Assembly: GCA_038851325.1 (NCBI GenBank)
Contig: JAWCKZ010000003.1
Span: 35,076 to 99,075 of the forward strand
DNA from: Candidatus Bilamarchaeaceae archaeon
GTDB taxonomy: Archaea > Micrarchaeota > Micrarchaeia > Anstonellales > Bilamarchaeaceae
Length of the DNA stretch: 64,000 nucleotides
Reading direction: 5' to 3'
Shown: positions 30,475 to 40,430 of the stretch, piece by piece
Numbering within the stretch: position 1 is the first letter of the stretch
Layout of the letters: every line of letters begins with the position of its first letter
Translations under genes and position numbers: made by a program
Notes under the pieces: generated by a model
What the model saw: only the letters and a program-made list of their open reading frames with translations
Told to the model about the DNA's origin: nothing
Databases searched by the model: none

Positions 30475-31335
30475 ATGGGGGTATTCAAAAAGATTACGAG
30501 CATAAAGAAGCTTAAACTTATAGCGAATACTATAAGGCAGGATGTTGTGAGGATGCTGCTTGAGGCAAAGTCCGGCCACACCGCAGGTTCCATAGGTCTT
30601 GCAGATATCTTTACTGCACTCTACTTCAATATCCTCTATCACGACCCGCAAAACCCAGACTGGCCAGATAGAGATAGATTTGTTCTTTCAAATGGTCATG
30701 TCTGTCCTGTCTTGTACGCAACGATGGCGAATGCAGGATACTTCCCTAAAGAAGAATTACTTACCCTTCGCAAACTTGGTTCCCGACTTCAAGGACACCC
30801 GCACCGTGGAACCCTTCCTGGTATCGAGAACTCTTCCGGTCCTCTCGGGCAGGGGCTCTCCCAAGCAGTCGGAATGGCGATAGTAGCGAAAACAGAGAAG
30901 AAAAGGTGGCGGGTTTATTGTCTCCTATCAGATGGAGAACTCGATGAAGGCCAAACATGGGAAGCGGTTATGCTTGCAAATAAGTATCGCTTGGGAAATC
31001 TCACCGCTATTGTTGACAGAAACAACATCCAGATAGACGGGTATACTGAGGAGGTTCTTCCACTTGAACCGCTCTCAGAAAAGTTTCGTTCGTTCGGTTG
31101 GAATGTTATTGATATCGATGGCCATAACATAAAAAAGATAATAGATGCATGCGAGGAGAGCAAGGCAGTTTTTGAAAGACCAACAGTCATAATCGCGCAC
31201 ACTGTTCCTGGAAAGGCGATCTCATTCATGGAGTTCCTGAGCGAATGGCACGGCAGACCTCCAACAAAAGAGCAAGCTGAAGCAGCGCTCGCAGAGCTAC
31301 AAAAGGAGCAGGAACGCTTGATGGAGGAGGAGTAA
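30475..31335 (+). CDS. Transketolase, N-terminal subunit
   Basis: DRFVLSNGH, LQGHP, GPLGQG, SDGELDEG ThDP motif. Confidence 0.96.
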   Translation: MGVFKKITSIKKLKLIANTIRQDVVRMLLEAKSGHTAGSIGLADIFTALYFNILYHDPQNPDWPDRDRFVLSNGHVCPVLYATMANAGYFPKEELLTLRKLGSRLQGHPHRGTLPGIENSSGPLGQGLSQAVGMAIVAKTEKKRWRVYCLLSDGELDEGQTWEAVMLANKYRLGNLTAIVDRNNIQIDGYTEEVLPLEPLSEKFRSFGWNVIDIDGHNIKKIIDACEESKAVFERPTVIIAHTVPGKAISFMEFLSEWHGRPPTKEQAEAALAELQKEQERLMEEE

Positions 31336-32298
31336 ATGATAATCAATGACATTATGAGCCCAAAGGAGTCAAGACCAACAAGAGAAGGTGTTGGGTTAGC
31401 ATTAGCAGAGCTTGGAGAGAAGTACAAAGATCTTTGGGTGGTGTGCGCAGATGTTACAGAATCAACACGTGTTCACTATTTTGCGGAAAAATTTCCGAAA
31501 AGATTTGTCCAAGTCGGAGTTGCGGAGCAAAATCTTGCTGGCGTCGCAGCAGGGATAGCTGCCTGTGGAAAGATAGCGTTTATATCAGCTTACTCTGTCT
31601 TTTCCCCTGGAAGGAACTGGGATCAGATCAGAGTGTCGATATGCTACAATAATGTTAATGTAAAGATTCATGGCTCGCATAGTGGGATTAATGTTGGGCC
31701 TGACGGCGCTTCCCATCAAGCACTCGAAGATATAGCAATGATGAGGGCGCTGCCGAACATGGTCGTACTTGCTCCATGCGATCTTCTCCAGGCAAAAAAA
31801 GCAACATATGCGTCCGTAGAATTCAAAGGCCCAGTTTACATAAGAACTTCGAGGGACAAAACACCTATCTTCACTACAGAAGAAACTCCTTTTACAATAG
31901 GAAAGGCGAATGTGTATCGGGACGGAGATGACGTCGCTATCCTTGCGCATGGACTTCAAGTGTATCAGTCTCTCGTTGCTGCTGAGAGATTAAAGAACAA
32001 AGGGATATCAGCCGCTGTGCTTGACATCGCATCCATAAAACCGCTTGACAAAGAAACAATAATGAAATATGCGAAGAAGACCGGGCTGGTTGTTACCGTG
32101 GAGGAGCATCAATTGTATGGTGGGATGGGAAGCGCAGTAGCGGAGCTCTTATCCGAATGCTGCCCCACAAGAATGAAGATTCATGGTATATACGATACAT
32201 TCTGCGAGTCAGGTGAAATGGCAGAACTTCTTCGAAAATACAAGCTTGACGCGAATGGGATAGAGGAAATTGTGGAGGCAGCAGTTAAGTCAAGGTAG
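31336..32298 (+). CDS. Transketolase, C-terminal subunit
   Basis: GVAEQN, GPDGASHQ, VEEH. Confidence 0.96.
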   Translation: MIINDIMSPKESRPTREGVGLALAELGEKYKDLWVVCADVTESTRVHYFAEKFPKRFVQVGVAEQNLAGVAAGIAACGKIAFISAYSVFSPGRNWDQIRVSICYNNVNVKIHGSHSGINVGPDGASHQALEDIAMMRALPNMVVLAPCDLLQAKKATYASVEFKGPVYIRTSRDKTPIFTTEETPFTIGKANVYRDGDDVAILAHGLQVYQSLVAAERLKNKGISAAVLDIASIKPLDKETIMKYAKKTGLVVTVEEHQLYGGMGSAVAELLSECCPTRMKIHGIYDTFCESGEMAELLRKYKLDANGIEEIVEAAVKSR

Positions 32299-32299
32299 A

Positions 32300-33460
32300 T
32301 CAAGGAGGGAATATCCTGAAGAGAAGAAGGATGGTTGGGAGAACGATAGCCCCCATCATCTGAATTCTTTCAACATTAAGGCGTGCCGTCAACCAACCAA
32401 GCGCGGAGGCAAGTGAGAGAACAATCACACCGGCTACCCCATCAAGAATGAAGCAGAGAACGAAAAGATATACAATAAGTATAAAAGCAATCGGCTTGGA
32501 GTTTAAGTCAGCGACCTCTGCAACTCTTTTTCTAAGTAGATAAGCAATTGTTATTGTGAGAACTGCACTGAAGACAAATAGAGACGCTAGAGAGAGGATA
32601 TTTTCGCCAATATCAATAAATCTTGAAAGATGCGCTGTGGTTCCTATCCTCGCTTTTTCCAATGTTGCAGCTGTTGAGAATGAAAAAATACTCTCTGAAA
32701 TGCCGATCGCGCTCGTTGTTGCAAGATAGGTTAGAGAGGATAGCGGAATCACGATAGTTGTAAAGAATGCGATTTGGCCTGGCGAACTTATTCCAGGCAG
32801 AAGGTCTGCTACCATCCCAAGAAAAACACCCAGTATGGAATAGGGAAGAATTTCCCATCCGATAGGTTCTTCCTGCCGTTGCCTTGGCATGACTGATTTT
32901 GTTATGTTGAGCAATGCGCTTATTGCGAACATCCCTGAGAATAAAGGCATGTAAGGATCATACATCCTTGAGTTCAAGGAAAAATAACCAAGTGTCCCTG
33001 CTGCAAGAAAGACAAGAAGTGCGCTCAAGGGATTTTTGCTTTTTATTATCAAAATAACTGCAAGAAAGGCAACGATGTGCCCTACATAGTTCGCTATTGT
33101 GCTGTATAATATTGGAAAGATTTCCATGGATGGAATGAGAGTGAGAAATGCAACAAAAGATGCGATTAAGGCTGAGAGGAGCACAACCCTGAGTGCGGTT
33201 AGCCCTCTACCATCAAGTGCAAGCCTTTGTCCGGCAAGTGCGCAGGTGAGCGTCCCGCGTTCTGGTATTCCAAAGAATATTGCTGGAATGAAAGAGGCAA
33301 TTATGTTTGATGGCATCATACCAACGAGCAAAGAGGCCTTCGTATCGTTCGAGAGCGGGAATTGAGAAAGAGCTGTCGCAATGGTATTTGGGTGCAACCC
33401 AGGTATAATCCCAGTTAGCATTCCAATTACTATCCCGATAAAAAATTCCATGATGTTCAT
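32300..33460 (-). CDS. Tripartite tricarboxylate transporter permease TctA family (archaeal DUF112-type)
   Basis: GIIPGLHPN, FIPAIFFGIP, second repeat DLLPGISS; multiple TMs. Confidence 0.85.
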   Translation of the reverse strand: MNIMEFFIGIVIGMLTGIIPGLHPNTIATALSQFPLSNDTKASLLVGMMPSNIIASFIPAIFFGIPERGTLTCALAGQRLALDGRGLTALRVVLLSALIASFVAFLTLIPSMEIFPILYSTIANYVGHIVAFLAVILIIKSKNPLSALLVFLAAGTLGYFSLNSRMYDPYMPLFSGMFAISALLNITKSVMPRQRQEEPIGWEILPYSILGVFLGMVADLLPGISSPGQIAFFTTIVIPLSSLTYLATTSAIGISESIFSFSTAATLEKARIGTTAHLSRFIDIGENILSLASLFVFSAVLTITIAYLLRKRVAEVADLNSKPIAFILIVYLFVLCFILDGVAGVIVLSLASALGWLTARLNVERIQMMGAIVLPTILLLFRIFPP

Positions 33461-33476
33461 GGTATCTGTTTACTGC

Positions 33477-34775
33477 CTATCCGATGGTTATGCTTGAGAC
33501 TGCTATATGCGGACCACCATCTTCAACAGGAACAAGCTGACCGCTCTTGCCGCAAAAACCTGCGTGCGTGCTGAAATCCTGCCCCACGGCTGTGATGTTG
33601 TTGAGAACATCGATTATATTTCCAGTTATAACAACGTCACGCAGGGGCTCTCTTACCTCACCATTCTTTATCTCGTATCCCTCCTTTGCCTTAAACATAA
33701 AACCCCCTGAAAAGATATCAACGCTTCCACCAGCGCTTCCTTTTACATAAATCCCTTTTCGTAAATCAAACACATCGCTTTTACTATGCCCGCCTGGTAG
33801 AAGCAGTGTATTGCTCATCCTGACAATTGGCTGGAGCGCGTATCCCTCTGCGCGGGCATGCCCGTTTGGAGTATGGCCAAGCTCAGCAGCCGTCTCCCTC
33901 GAATTTAGAAATCCTGATAAAACCCCTTCCTTTACCAGTTCAATCCTTCTCCCACGCACTCCCTCATCATCGTACTCATACCCCCCGAAATAAGGAAGGG
34001 AAGGGTCGTCGACTATGTTGACAAGTTCATTCCCAATTTTTTTCTCATATTTATCAGAGAGGGCGGATTCTCTGCTTATTACAGCGTCTGCCTCTGTTGC
34101 ATGTCCAACGACCTCGTGTATGAATGTTCCTGTTATCTCAGGATCAAGCACTGCTGCAAACCTCCCTTTTGGTGCGCTCTTTGCACCCAATAACAACTCA
34201 GCACGTTCTTTTGCGCCACGTGCGGCTTCCTCTATCTTTAATCTAGTTATACCAAACCTGCTTCCCAACGACTCTGTCCCAACCTGCGTTATTCCCTCTT
34301 TTCTCACAGTAACAGTGGAATTGAAATAAAAGCGGGTAGCTCTTTCCACAAGTTCCTTCCCTTCCGAGTTGTAAAACTCCCGGTTAATCAGAGACGCGGA
34401 GAACGTCAGATTGGACGAGATTGTCATCTCTCCCTTAGTTTCTTTTTTCGCGTCCATTAATCTTAAGATAACCTCGTCTACGTCAAACCATTCTGTTTTA
34501 CTCGACGACTTGCTGCTTTCCTTTTTGCTTCTGATAATTTTCACATTCCCTTTTGTAAGCCCGGCAATCCTATCTGCCTTTTTTAGAAGTTCGTTCACAT
34601 TTGCTTCTGCGTTGTTGGTTGCCACAAAACCCCAGGCACCATTTCTCAAAACACGAACAGAGATACCATAAAAACAACCAGCAGATGAATTTATTTCCTC
34701 TTTTACATACGCTCTGAATGTTTCGCCATTCTCTATTCTGACCTCCGCGTACTCATATGGCGAGAGATCAAACAT
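33477..34775 (-). CDS. tldD: TldD family metalloprotease
   Basis: HEVVGHATEAD zinc motif, YDDEG, NGHAR, RMSN, CGKSGQ. Confidence 0.92.
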   Translation of the reverse strand: MFDLSPYEYAEVRIENGETFRAYVKEEINSSAGCFYGISVRVLRNGAWGFVATNNAEANVNELLKKADRIAGLTKGNVKIIRSKKESSKSSSKTEWFDVDEVILRLMDAKKETKGEMTISSNLTFSASLINREFYNSEGKELVERATRFYFNSTVTVRKEGITQVGTESLGSRFGITRLKIEEAARGAKERAELLLGAKSAPKGRFAAVLDPEITGTFIHEVVGHATEADAVISRESALSDKYEKKIGNELVNIVDDPSLPYFGGYEYDDEGVRGRRIELVKEGVLSGFLNSRETAAELGHTPNGHARAEGYALQPIVRMSNTLLLPGGHSKSDVFDLRKGIYVKGSAGGSVDIFSGGFMFKAKEGYEIKNGEVREPLRDVVITGNIIDVLNNITAVGQDFSTHAGFCGKSGQLVPVEDGGPHIAVSSITIG

Positions 34776-35118
34776 TTTCAAGCACGCCTTCCATTTCATG
34801 GGAGAATTCAAGCACGCTCTTCTTCTCCTCTTTTGTTTTAGCTATCCCAAAAAAGAGATAAGTTGAGATCGGTACTATGACAATGGTGTCTGTTTCAAAA
34901 CCGATTTCAACCTCTTTTTGCGTATTGCCTTCCCTTCGTAGCATAGCATCGGATATATTCGCAGCACGGGCTATGATTGTCGGACCAACATCCCCCAATG
35001 CAATCGTCGCCTTTATCAAGACGCCGTCGCTTCTTACGAGCCCGCCAGGGATACCGGCATTCTTCATCTTGTTCAATACCTTTTCTATCTCCGTTAGTTT
35101 TCCTTCATTAAGAGACAT
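34768..35118 (-). CDS. Roadblock/LC7 domain protein
   Basis: 116 aa with GGLVRSDGVLI hairpin and helix-beta-beta-helix-beta3-helix pattern. Confidence 0.7.
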   Translation of the reverse strand: MSLNEGKLTEIEKVLNKMKNAGIPGGLVRSDGVLIKATIALGDVGPTIIARAANISDAMLRREGNTQKEVEIGFETDTIVIVPISTYLFFGIAKTKEEKKSVLEFSHEMEGVLENV

Positions 35119-35126
35119 AAGACCAC

Positions 35127-35843
35127 TTACACAATTATTATTCCGGATGGGCCGAGTTTGAAAGGTATTTGAACAGCAAGAGATGGCACCTCTAGGTTAT
35201 AACCACCGTTTTTTTCTGCTATTACATACTTCTCATCCATTCCCTGTTCTACAACTCCGAGTATTTGCTTATCATGGACGCCTTCGTCAATGAGATAAAG
35301 GGCAGTCGCGCCAGCTGTTTTTAATCTTCCTTCTATAACGTTAAGGAATTTTCTTATTGAGTCTTGCGGGTTATAGAGCACAAAGGTGGATAGCGTGTGA
35401 AAGATTACGCGCATCCTCTTCCTCTCGCTCTCTTTCATTGCTTCGTTTAGTGCCAGAGAAAGCTCATTGAGAGCGCTTGGGCTTGGTACCATCTTGATTC
35501 GTTCCTCAGGTTTTCCAGCCTTTTCTACACCTAAGGTTGCTGTGTAACAATCTATAAACCATATATTTTCCCTAGAGAGATCTATGCCAATTGTGGAAGC
35601 CTTTTTCATTATCTCTTGTGGTGCGAGCCCGCCGCATATGAAATATACGTTCTCATCCTTTCCAGCTGCATCACCGAAGTGGATAGAAAATGCTTCCTTT
35701 TCCATTCCGCTTGGTCCTATCAGAAGGATGTTGCCTGGCCTTCTATATCCTCCTTCCAATATTATATCAAGTTCCTTTATTCCAGTAGGGCATCTATTTT
35801 TTCTTAAAATAGGTAGTTCCTTAACAACACCAAGCTCTTCCAT
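35127..35843 (-). CDS. KaiC/RAD55-family ATPase with degenerate Walker motifs
   Basis: PTGIKELDIILEGG, FIDCY; Walker A reads GPSGMEKE and Walker B reads VIFHTLS. Confidence 0.85.
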   Translation of the reverse strand: MEELGVVKELPILRKNRCPTGIKELDIILEGGYRRPGNILLIGPSGMEKEAFSIHFGDAAGKDENVYFICGGLAPQEIMKKASTIGIDLSRENIWFIDCYTATLGVEKAGKPEERIKMVPSPSALNELSLALNEAMKESERKRMRVIFHTLSTFVLYNPQDSIRKFLNVIEGRLKTAGATALYLIDEGVHDKQILGVVEQGMDEKYVIAEKNGGYNLEVPSLAVQIPFKLGPSGIIIV

Positions 35844-35882
35844 ATCAAATCTTCTCTTTAGGTTTTTTAAAACCCTATGCTG

Positions 35883-37157
35883 TTATCCCACTTTAAATCG
35901 CAGTAGCATTACAACAATCACAATACCAAGCATACCGAACAACAGTTCTAGGAGAACAGGTGATTGCTTTTCAAATGTCACACTGCCCCTTGTGGTCTCC
36001 CATTCAGCAGGAGAGCCTGTTTCTGTTGTGTTTCCATAAGAGAGCTGCCTGCTAAATACTGTCTGTTCGTTTGAATCGTTGCTTAGAAAGACATCAGCGA
36101 TCCTGAGTTCAAAATTTGTTCTTCCGAGCTCACCAGGGTAGCCATACGAAAAACGATAGAGATAAGAGAAAGAATTATTCTCCTGCTCAAGCGGTATTGG
36201 TGTTACATTTACAACACCAAGAAAGGCACTATCGTTCTCTGGATTGCTGTATATCTCTTTTATCCCGACCCTGTTTTCTGTTATATTGAAAACACGGAGT
36301 TGAGCATCGAACACTTCATCTCCATCTTTGATAAGGACAGCATGATAGATTTTTCTCTGGGAGAGTACCAGTACGCTTATCTTGTTATTCCTGAACCACT
36401 GTTCGTTCACGGGCGGTGTTTCTACAAAAAACAAATGATACTTCCCTCCTGCGTATACGGAGAGATTATCCTGAAAGATAATGGTCTTTTCGAATATCTT
36501 ATAATCTGTTGTGCAGCCAATATCGCTTTGCTTCCTATCATCAATCACATATACAAATGTCATGCTCCCATTCATAGCAATAGAAAGGGTCTCAGAGCCA
36601 GAAGCGCTCTCCATTTCTTTTGAAACATTGCTCGGAAGCAAAACCATGTTTGAAACAGAATGCTTGTATTGTTGCCCAAGCACGCCTTCCATAGCAAACT
36701 CCGGTTCGATATATTCGCTCACATTTCTGAACTTAAAAGTTAATCCTATTATGGAAAACGAGTAGCTTTCCTTTTCGACTTCCCCGCAGCCATCGCCATC
36801 AAGATCACATGCAGTAGTATTCTCTCTTGATTTGTCGCAGATTGCACCGTCCGTCCCGGTAAGCCAGCCCATTTGATGCCCCCTCTCAACAATTGTCCTA
36901 GTCATGCTTCCGTATGTGGTTGTGTTATCGACAAGAGGGGTTATGCCCGCTATCGCCATACTTCCGTTCACACTAATCTCATACCAAGGCGTAACAACAA
37001 CACTGCTTTTTGAAAAATTACTATCAAAAAAACTGTTAAGAAGAACAGCCCTTCCGTTGTTCCACGTTGTTATGTTAGCAAGTGGTGGCTCTGTATAGAG
37101 CGCATTGCAATCCATCATCAGCATAGAAACCGTCAGCACGAGGAGAATTACCCTCAT
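35883..37157 (-). CDS. Secreted protein with C-terminal membrane anchor
   Basis: Signal peptide, beta-rich body with many N-x-S/T sequons, DLDGDG motif, C-terminal TM. Confidence 0.75.
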   Translation of the reverse strand: MRVILLVLTVSMLMMDCNALYTEPPLANITTWNNGRAVLLNSFFDSNFSKSSVVVTPWYEISVNGSMAIAGITPLVDNTTTYGSMTRTIVERGHQMGWLTGTDGAICDKSRENTTACDLDGDGCGEVEKESYSFSIIGLTFKFRNVSEYIEPEFAMEGVLGQQYKHSVSNMVLLPSNVSKEMESASGSETLSIAMNGSMTFVYVIDDRKQSDIGCTTDYKIFEKTIIFQDNLSVYAGGKYHLFFVETPPVNEQWFRNNKISVLVLSQRKIYHAVLIKDGDEVFDAQLRVFNITENRVGIKEIYSNPENDSAFLGVVNVTPIPLEQENNSFSYLYRFSYGYPGELGRTNFELRIADVFLSNDSNEQTVFSRQLSYGNTTETGSPAEWETTRGSVTFEKQSPVLLELLFGMLGIVIVVMLLRFKVG

Positions 37158-39076
37158 AGAATTTCTCCAAGCCTGTTTATCTTCGTAAATGTTATGAGAC
37201 CATTTGCTTGCTTTATCCTGAGCTCGACACGCTCACGCTCTCCTAACGAATTCATTATCCTTTCTATCTCGTCATCGTTTTCCACAACGATTATCGTCTT
37301 TCTATCGTACTTCTCACCATAAAGTCCTATGTCGAAGTCCTTTGTAGTGAACTTATTACCAACCTCCTTGAACATTATCCCATTTGCTATTAAATGTTCT
37401 CTTATTGTTCTAAGAAGAGCCTTTTCTTTTATTCTTCCTTCACCAACTGGTTGGTAATATCCATTATATTGCTCCAGCAGACCATCGTAAACGAGTTTTC
37501 GTAGTATTTCCTCCACATTTCCTTCACTTACATCAGCGCCGTTTGTGATGTAACGCTTTAATGCAATTTCAAATTCTGAGACTGTTATCGGGTATTTTCT
37601 CAATTTTGTGTCCTCTCTTATTTTTTCAATAGCGCTCATCAACGCATCACGCCTTACTCTTACCTCCTTTCTTATCTCTCTTCCCCCCTCAGGTACCCTT
37701 AGTATGTAAACAGGGCGCTTGCTTAACCTTGCAACGACATAGACAACCAGTACAAGCGAAAGTCCGGGTATACCATATTTTATATATATTTCCCACACGC
37801 TTTCTTCAGCATGCGTGACAGGGACATGATATGTTGTACCTTCAATCTCTATGTTGAATATATTCTCGCCTTTTTGGAGAAGCGCGCCTATCGCAAGTTC
37901 GCCATTGCTTATGTAGAACTTCTTCTTCTCAGTTGAGTTGTTAAGGCTTGCATACACTTCCGCACTTTTAAGAGGCACGTTATCAACTGTTACGTTAAAA
38001 TGATATCTGTTAAGGCTTTTTCCAACATATTCTATCTTAAGCTCTCTTACATGTAGTATTCCACTTGCAACTACTCCATCATTATCCTTCACAATGAGGA
38101 TGTAATCACCGGGCTGTCTATAGTTCAATCTTTTTATGAAAACACTCTCCTCGCTTACGCGTTTGAGCATTTCAGAACTTACATCTACACCATTTTGTGC
38201 CACTATGAAATACGCGGTTCCGTTTGTTCTTCCAAGAGAGTAGGTTAGTTCAGCTGTTTGCCACGGAAAGACGCTTTCTGGTATAGGGTGTAAAACAATT
38301 CTCGGCGCTCTTAGTTCAACTGAATCAACAACCCCTTTGTATCTCCCAACATCATATATCACTCTTATAAATCGCGAGCTGTTCAACAATATCGTTCTCG
38401 TTCCTCTCCCACTTCCGCTTATATTATAAGTGACTGCGTTTTCATAGGACCATTTGTTCTCAAGGACATCTGTGATCATAGTATTGTTTTCTTCCTCGAG
38501 ATACGCGCCAAGCGTGGTCTTGTTGTATATGAGTAATCTTTTCTTTTGTGCCTCATCTAACGAGTCGTACCAGTTTTCGTTCACTAACCGCCCAGAGCGG
38601 AGAACAAGGTCTTTCTGTCCGATGTATATCACAATACCCTCTGTTACGTTGTTTTTAATATCATCGAGTACGTAGTTCGGAATTCCGCCGGTAGCGACTA
38701 TGTATATACCCTTTCCGAGCATTCGTCTATTTGAAATCTCAACAGTATACCCATATTTCTCTATCGGCTTCACTCTATCCACGAGTTCAGGCAGTCTACT
38801 TATCTCCACGCCTTCGCTGTCATTTATTACTATTATATCCTTGAAGCCCCTTCTTTCGTAAGACACTATCTTCAGTTCACCCGTACCATTTATATCGTAG
38901 ACAACGTAACCATAATTTCCAGCCCTCCCAATCTCTATGATGTTGAATTTTGCCTCTGGTGCGCTTTCGCCCTTGTTCTCTTCAGCAGGCCCGATGAAAA
39001 AGTAGAGGAAGATTGCTAGAATAGTAGCACTCACAACTACTGCAGCTGCACCAAAAAGTACATCCAGTGCCTTCAT
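37154..39076 (-). CDS. Membrane protein with large extracellular region and cytoplasmic C-terminal domain
   Basis: N-terminal TM, second TM (YGIPGLSLVLVVYVVA) near aa 435-450; ATGA-coupled to its neighbours. Confidence 0.75.
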   Translation of the reverse strand: MKALDVLFGAAAVVVSATILAIFLYFFIGPAEENKGESAPEAKFNIIEIGRAGNYGYVVYDINGTGELKIVSYERRGFKDIIVINDSEGVEISRLPELVDRVKPIEKYGYTVEISNRRMLGKGIYIVATGGIPNYVLDDIKNNVTEGIVIYIGQKDLVLRSGRLVNENWYDSLDEAQKKRLLIYNKTTLGAYLEEENNTMITDVLENKWSYENAVTYNISGSGRGTRTILLNSSRFIRVIYDVGRYKGVVDSVELRAPRIVLHPIPESVFPWQTAELTYSLGRTNGTAYFIVAQNGVDVSSEMLKRVSEESVFIKRLNYRQPGDYILIVKDNDGVVASGILHVRELKIEYVGKSLNRYHFNVTVDNVPLKSAEVYASLNNSTEKKKFYISNGELAIGALLQKGENIFNIEIEGTTYHVPVTHAEESVWEIYIKYGIPGLSLVLVVYVVARLSKRPVYILRVPEGGREIRKEVRVRRDALMSAIEKIREDTKLRKYPITVSEFEIALKRYITNGADVSEGNVEEILRKLVYDGLLEQYNGYYQPVGEGRIKEKALLRTIREHLIANGIMFKEVGNKFTTKDFDIGLYGEKYDRKTIIVVENDDEIERIMNSLGERERVELRIKQANGLITFTKINRLGEIL

Positions 39077-40425
39077 ATTTTCAACCTTATATTTCTTAAG
39101 AATTCTAGGTCGTTTTTATAGAACTCCCTAATATCTTTTAAATCAAGCGCTAGCATAAGCGGTCTCTCTAAACTTAATCCCCACGCGAGGACTGGATAGA
39201 TTCCGCACAACGGTAATGACACCTCAGGTCTGAATATCCCCGCTCCACCAAGTTCAAGCCACTCTTTTCTTTCATCAAAAAACACCTCGACCTCAAGGCT
39301 TGGCTCTGTATATGGGAAGTAGCTTGGCCTGAATCTTATCTTTTCGAACCCAAGTTTTTTATACACCTCTTTAAGTATTCCGAGAAGATCTCTAAAGGTT
39401 GCTTTTTCCCACGCAACAATACCCTCTATCTGATGAAACTCCGCGAGATGCTTAAAGTCTGTTGCTTCATTCCTAAAAACGCGCCCTATTGCAAAATACT
39501 TCCTTGGTTTTCTGTCTTTAATCCCTGCAAGATAACGTGCACTGAGGCACGTGGTGTGCGTTCTCAGCACTGTCTTCTTTGCTATTTTCTCATCCCACTT
39601 GTATTTCCAGCCATTTTCATGCGCTCTTTTTACCCTGGCAACAAGCTCTTTATCTTCTGGAAGCTTTGATTCCAACTCAACATAGAATGTGTCGGCAAGT
39701 TCTCTAGCAGGATGATCTTGGGGTTGAAAGAGTGCATCAAAATTCCAGAATGCGGATTCAAGGAGTGTTCCTTCCATTTCTTCAAACCCAAGTTCCGCCA
39801 TTATCTCTCTTATTCGCTCCGCATAGCAAGAGATTGGATGAGGTTTTCCTATCTCAGCATCTTTTGATGTAACATTGAGGTCAAATTCTTCCTCAAGTTC
39901 CTCCAATGGTTTTCCTGTGTACTCAAAAATATGCTTTCTAATGATTTTCTTTGTGACAAGACGGCGTTTAAAAAGTTCATCCTCTATGAGCTGATCGCAT
40001 CTTCCTGTCTTTTCGATCTGGTTAAACGCATCCTTAAGCCTTTTAAGTTCTTCGTTTACATCCGTTTCTTCTTTTGTAGGTTTGAGAATTCCATTCTCTA
40101 TATCAACAAAACCCTTTGTTCTTGCCCATCTTACCCCTATATTCTTCTCATCTGGTGAGAGAGTATCTACACTTGCGCTCTTCAGCGATTTCAAATAAAC
40201 AGAATACTCAGGAAACTGTTCACTGACATACCTCCTGTATTCCTCCGTCGGTTGAAGGACAAGCGTTTCCTCTGTTACAGTCGATAAGAAATTTTTTGCT
40301 TTGAGCGATTCTATAGCGCGCCTTATGTTATCAGGCTGGAGAGAGAAGGCAGAAGCTATCTCTTCTATTCCCATCCTACCTCTTTTGCGCAAAAGTTCTA
40401 CTATCTCCCTTTCGCTCTTATACAT
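39073..40425 (-). CDS. pheS: Phenylalanyl-tRNA synthetase alpha subunit
   Basis: FWNFDALFQPQDHPARELADTF, LRTHTT, EFHQIEG, YFPYTEPS. Confidence 0.97.
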   Translation of the reverse strand: MYKSEREIVELLRKRGRMGIEEIASAFSLQPDNIRRAIESLKAKNFLSTVTEETLVLQPTEEYRRYVSEQFPEYSVYLKSLKSASVDTLSPDEKNIGVRWARTKGFVDIENGILKPTKEETDVNEELKRLKDAFNQIEKTGRCDQLIEDELFKRRLVTKKIIRKHIFEYTGKPLEELEEEFDLNVTSKDAEIGKPHPISCYAERIREIMAELGFEEMEGTLLESAFWNFDALFQPQDHPARELADTFYVELESKLPEDKELVARVKRAHENGWKYKWDEKIAKKTVLRTHTTCLSARYLAGIKDRKPRKYFAIGRVFRNEATDFKHLAEFHQIEGIVAWEKATFRDLLGILKEVYKKLGFEKIRFRPSYFPYTEPSLEVEVFFDERKEWLELGGAGIFRPEVSLPLCGIYPVLAWGLSLERPLMLALDLKDIREFYKNDLEFLRNIRLKI

Positions 40426-40430
40426 TTGCC

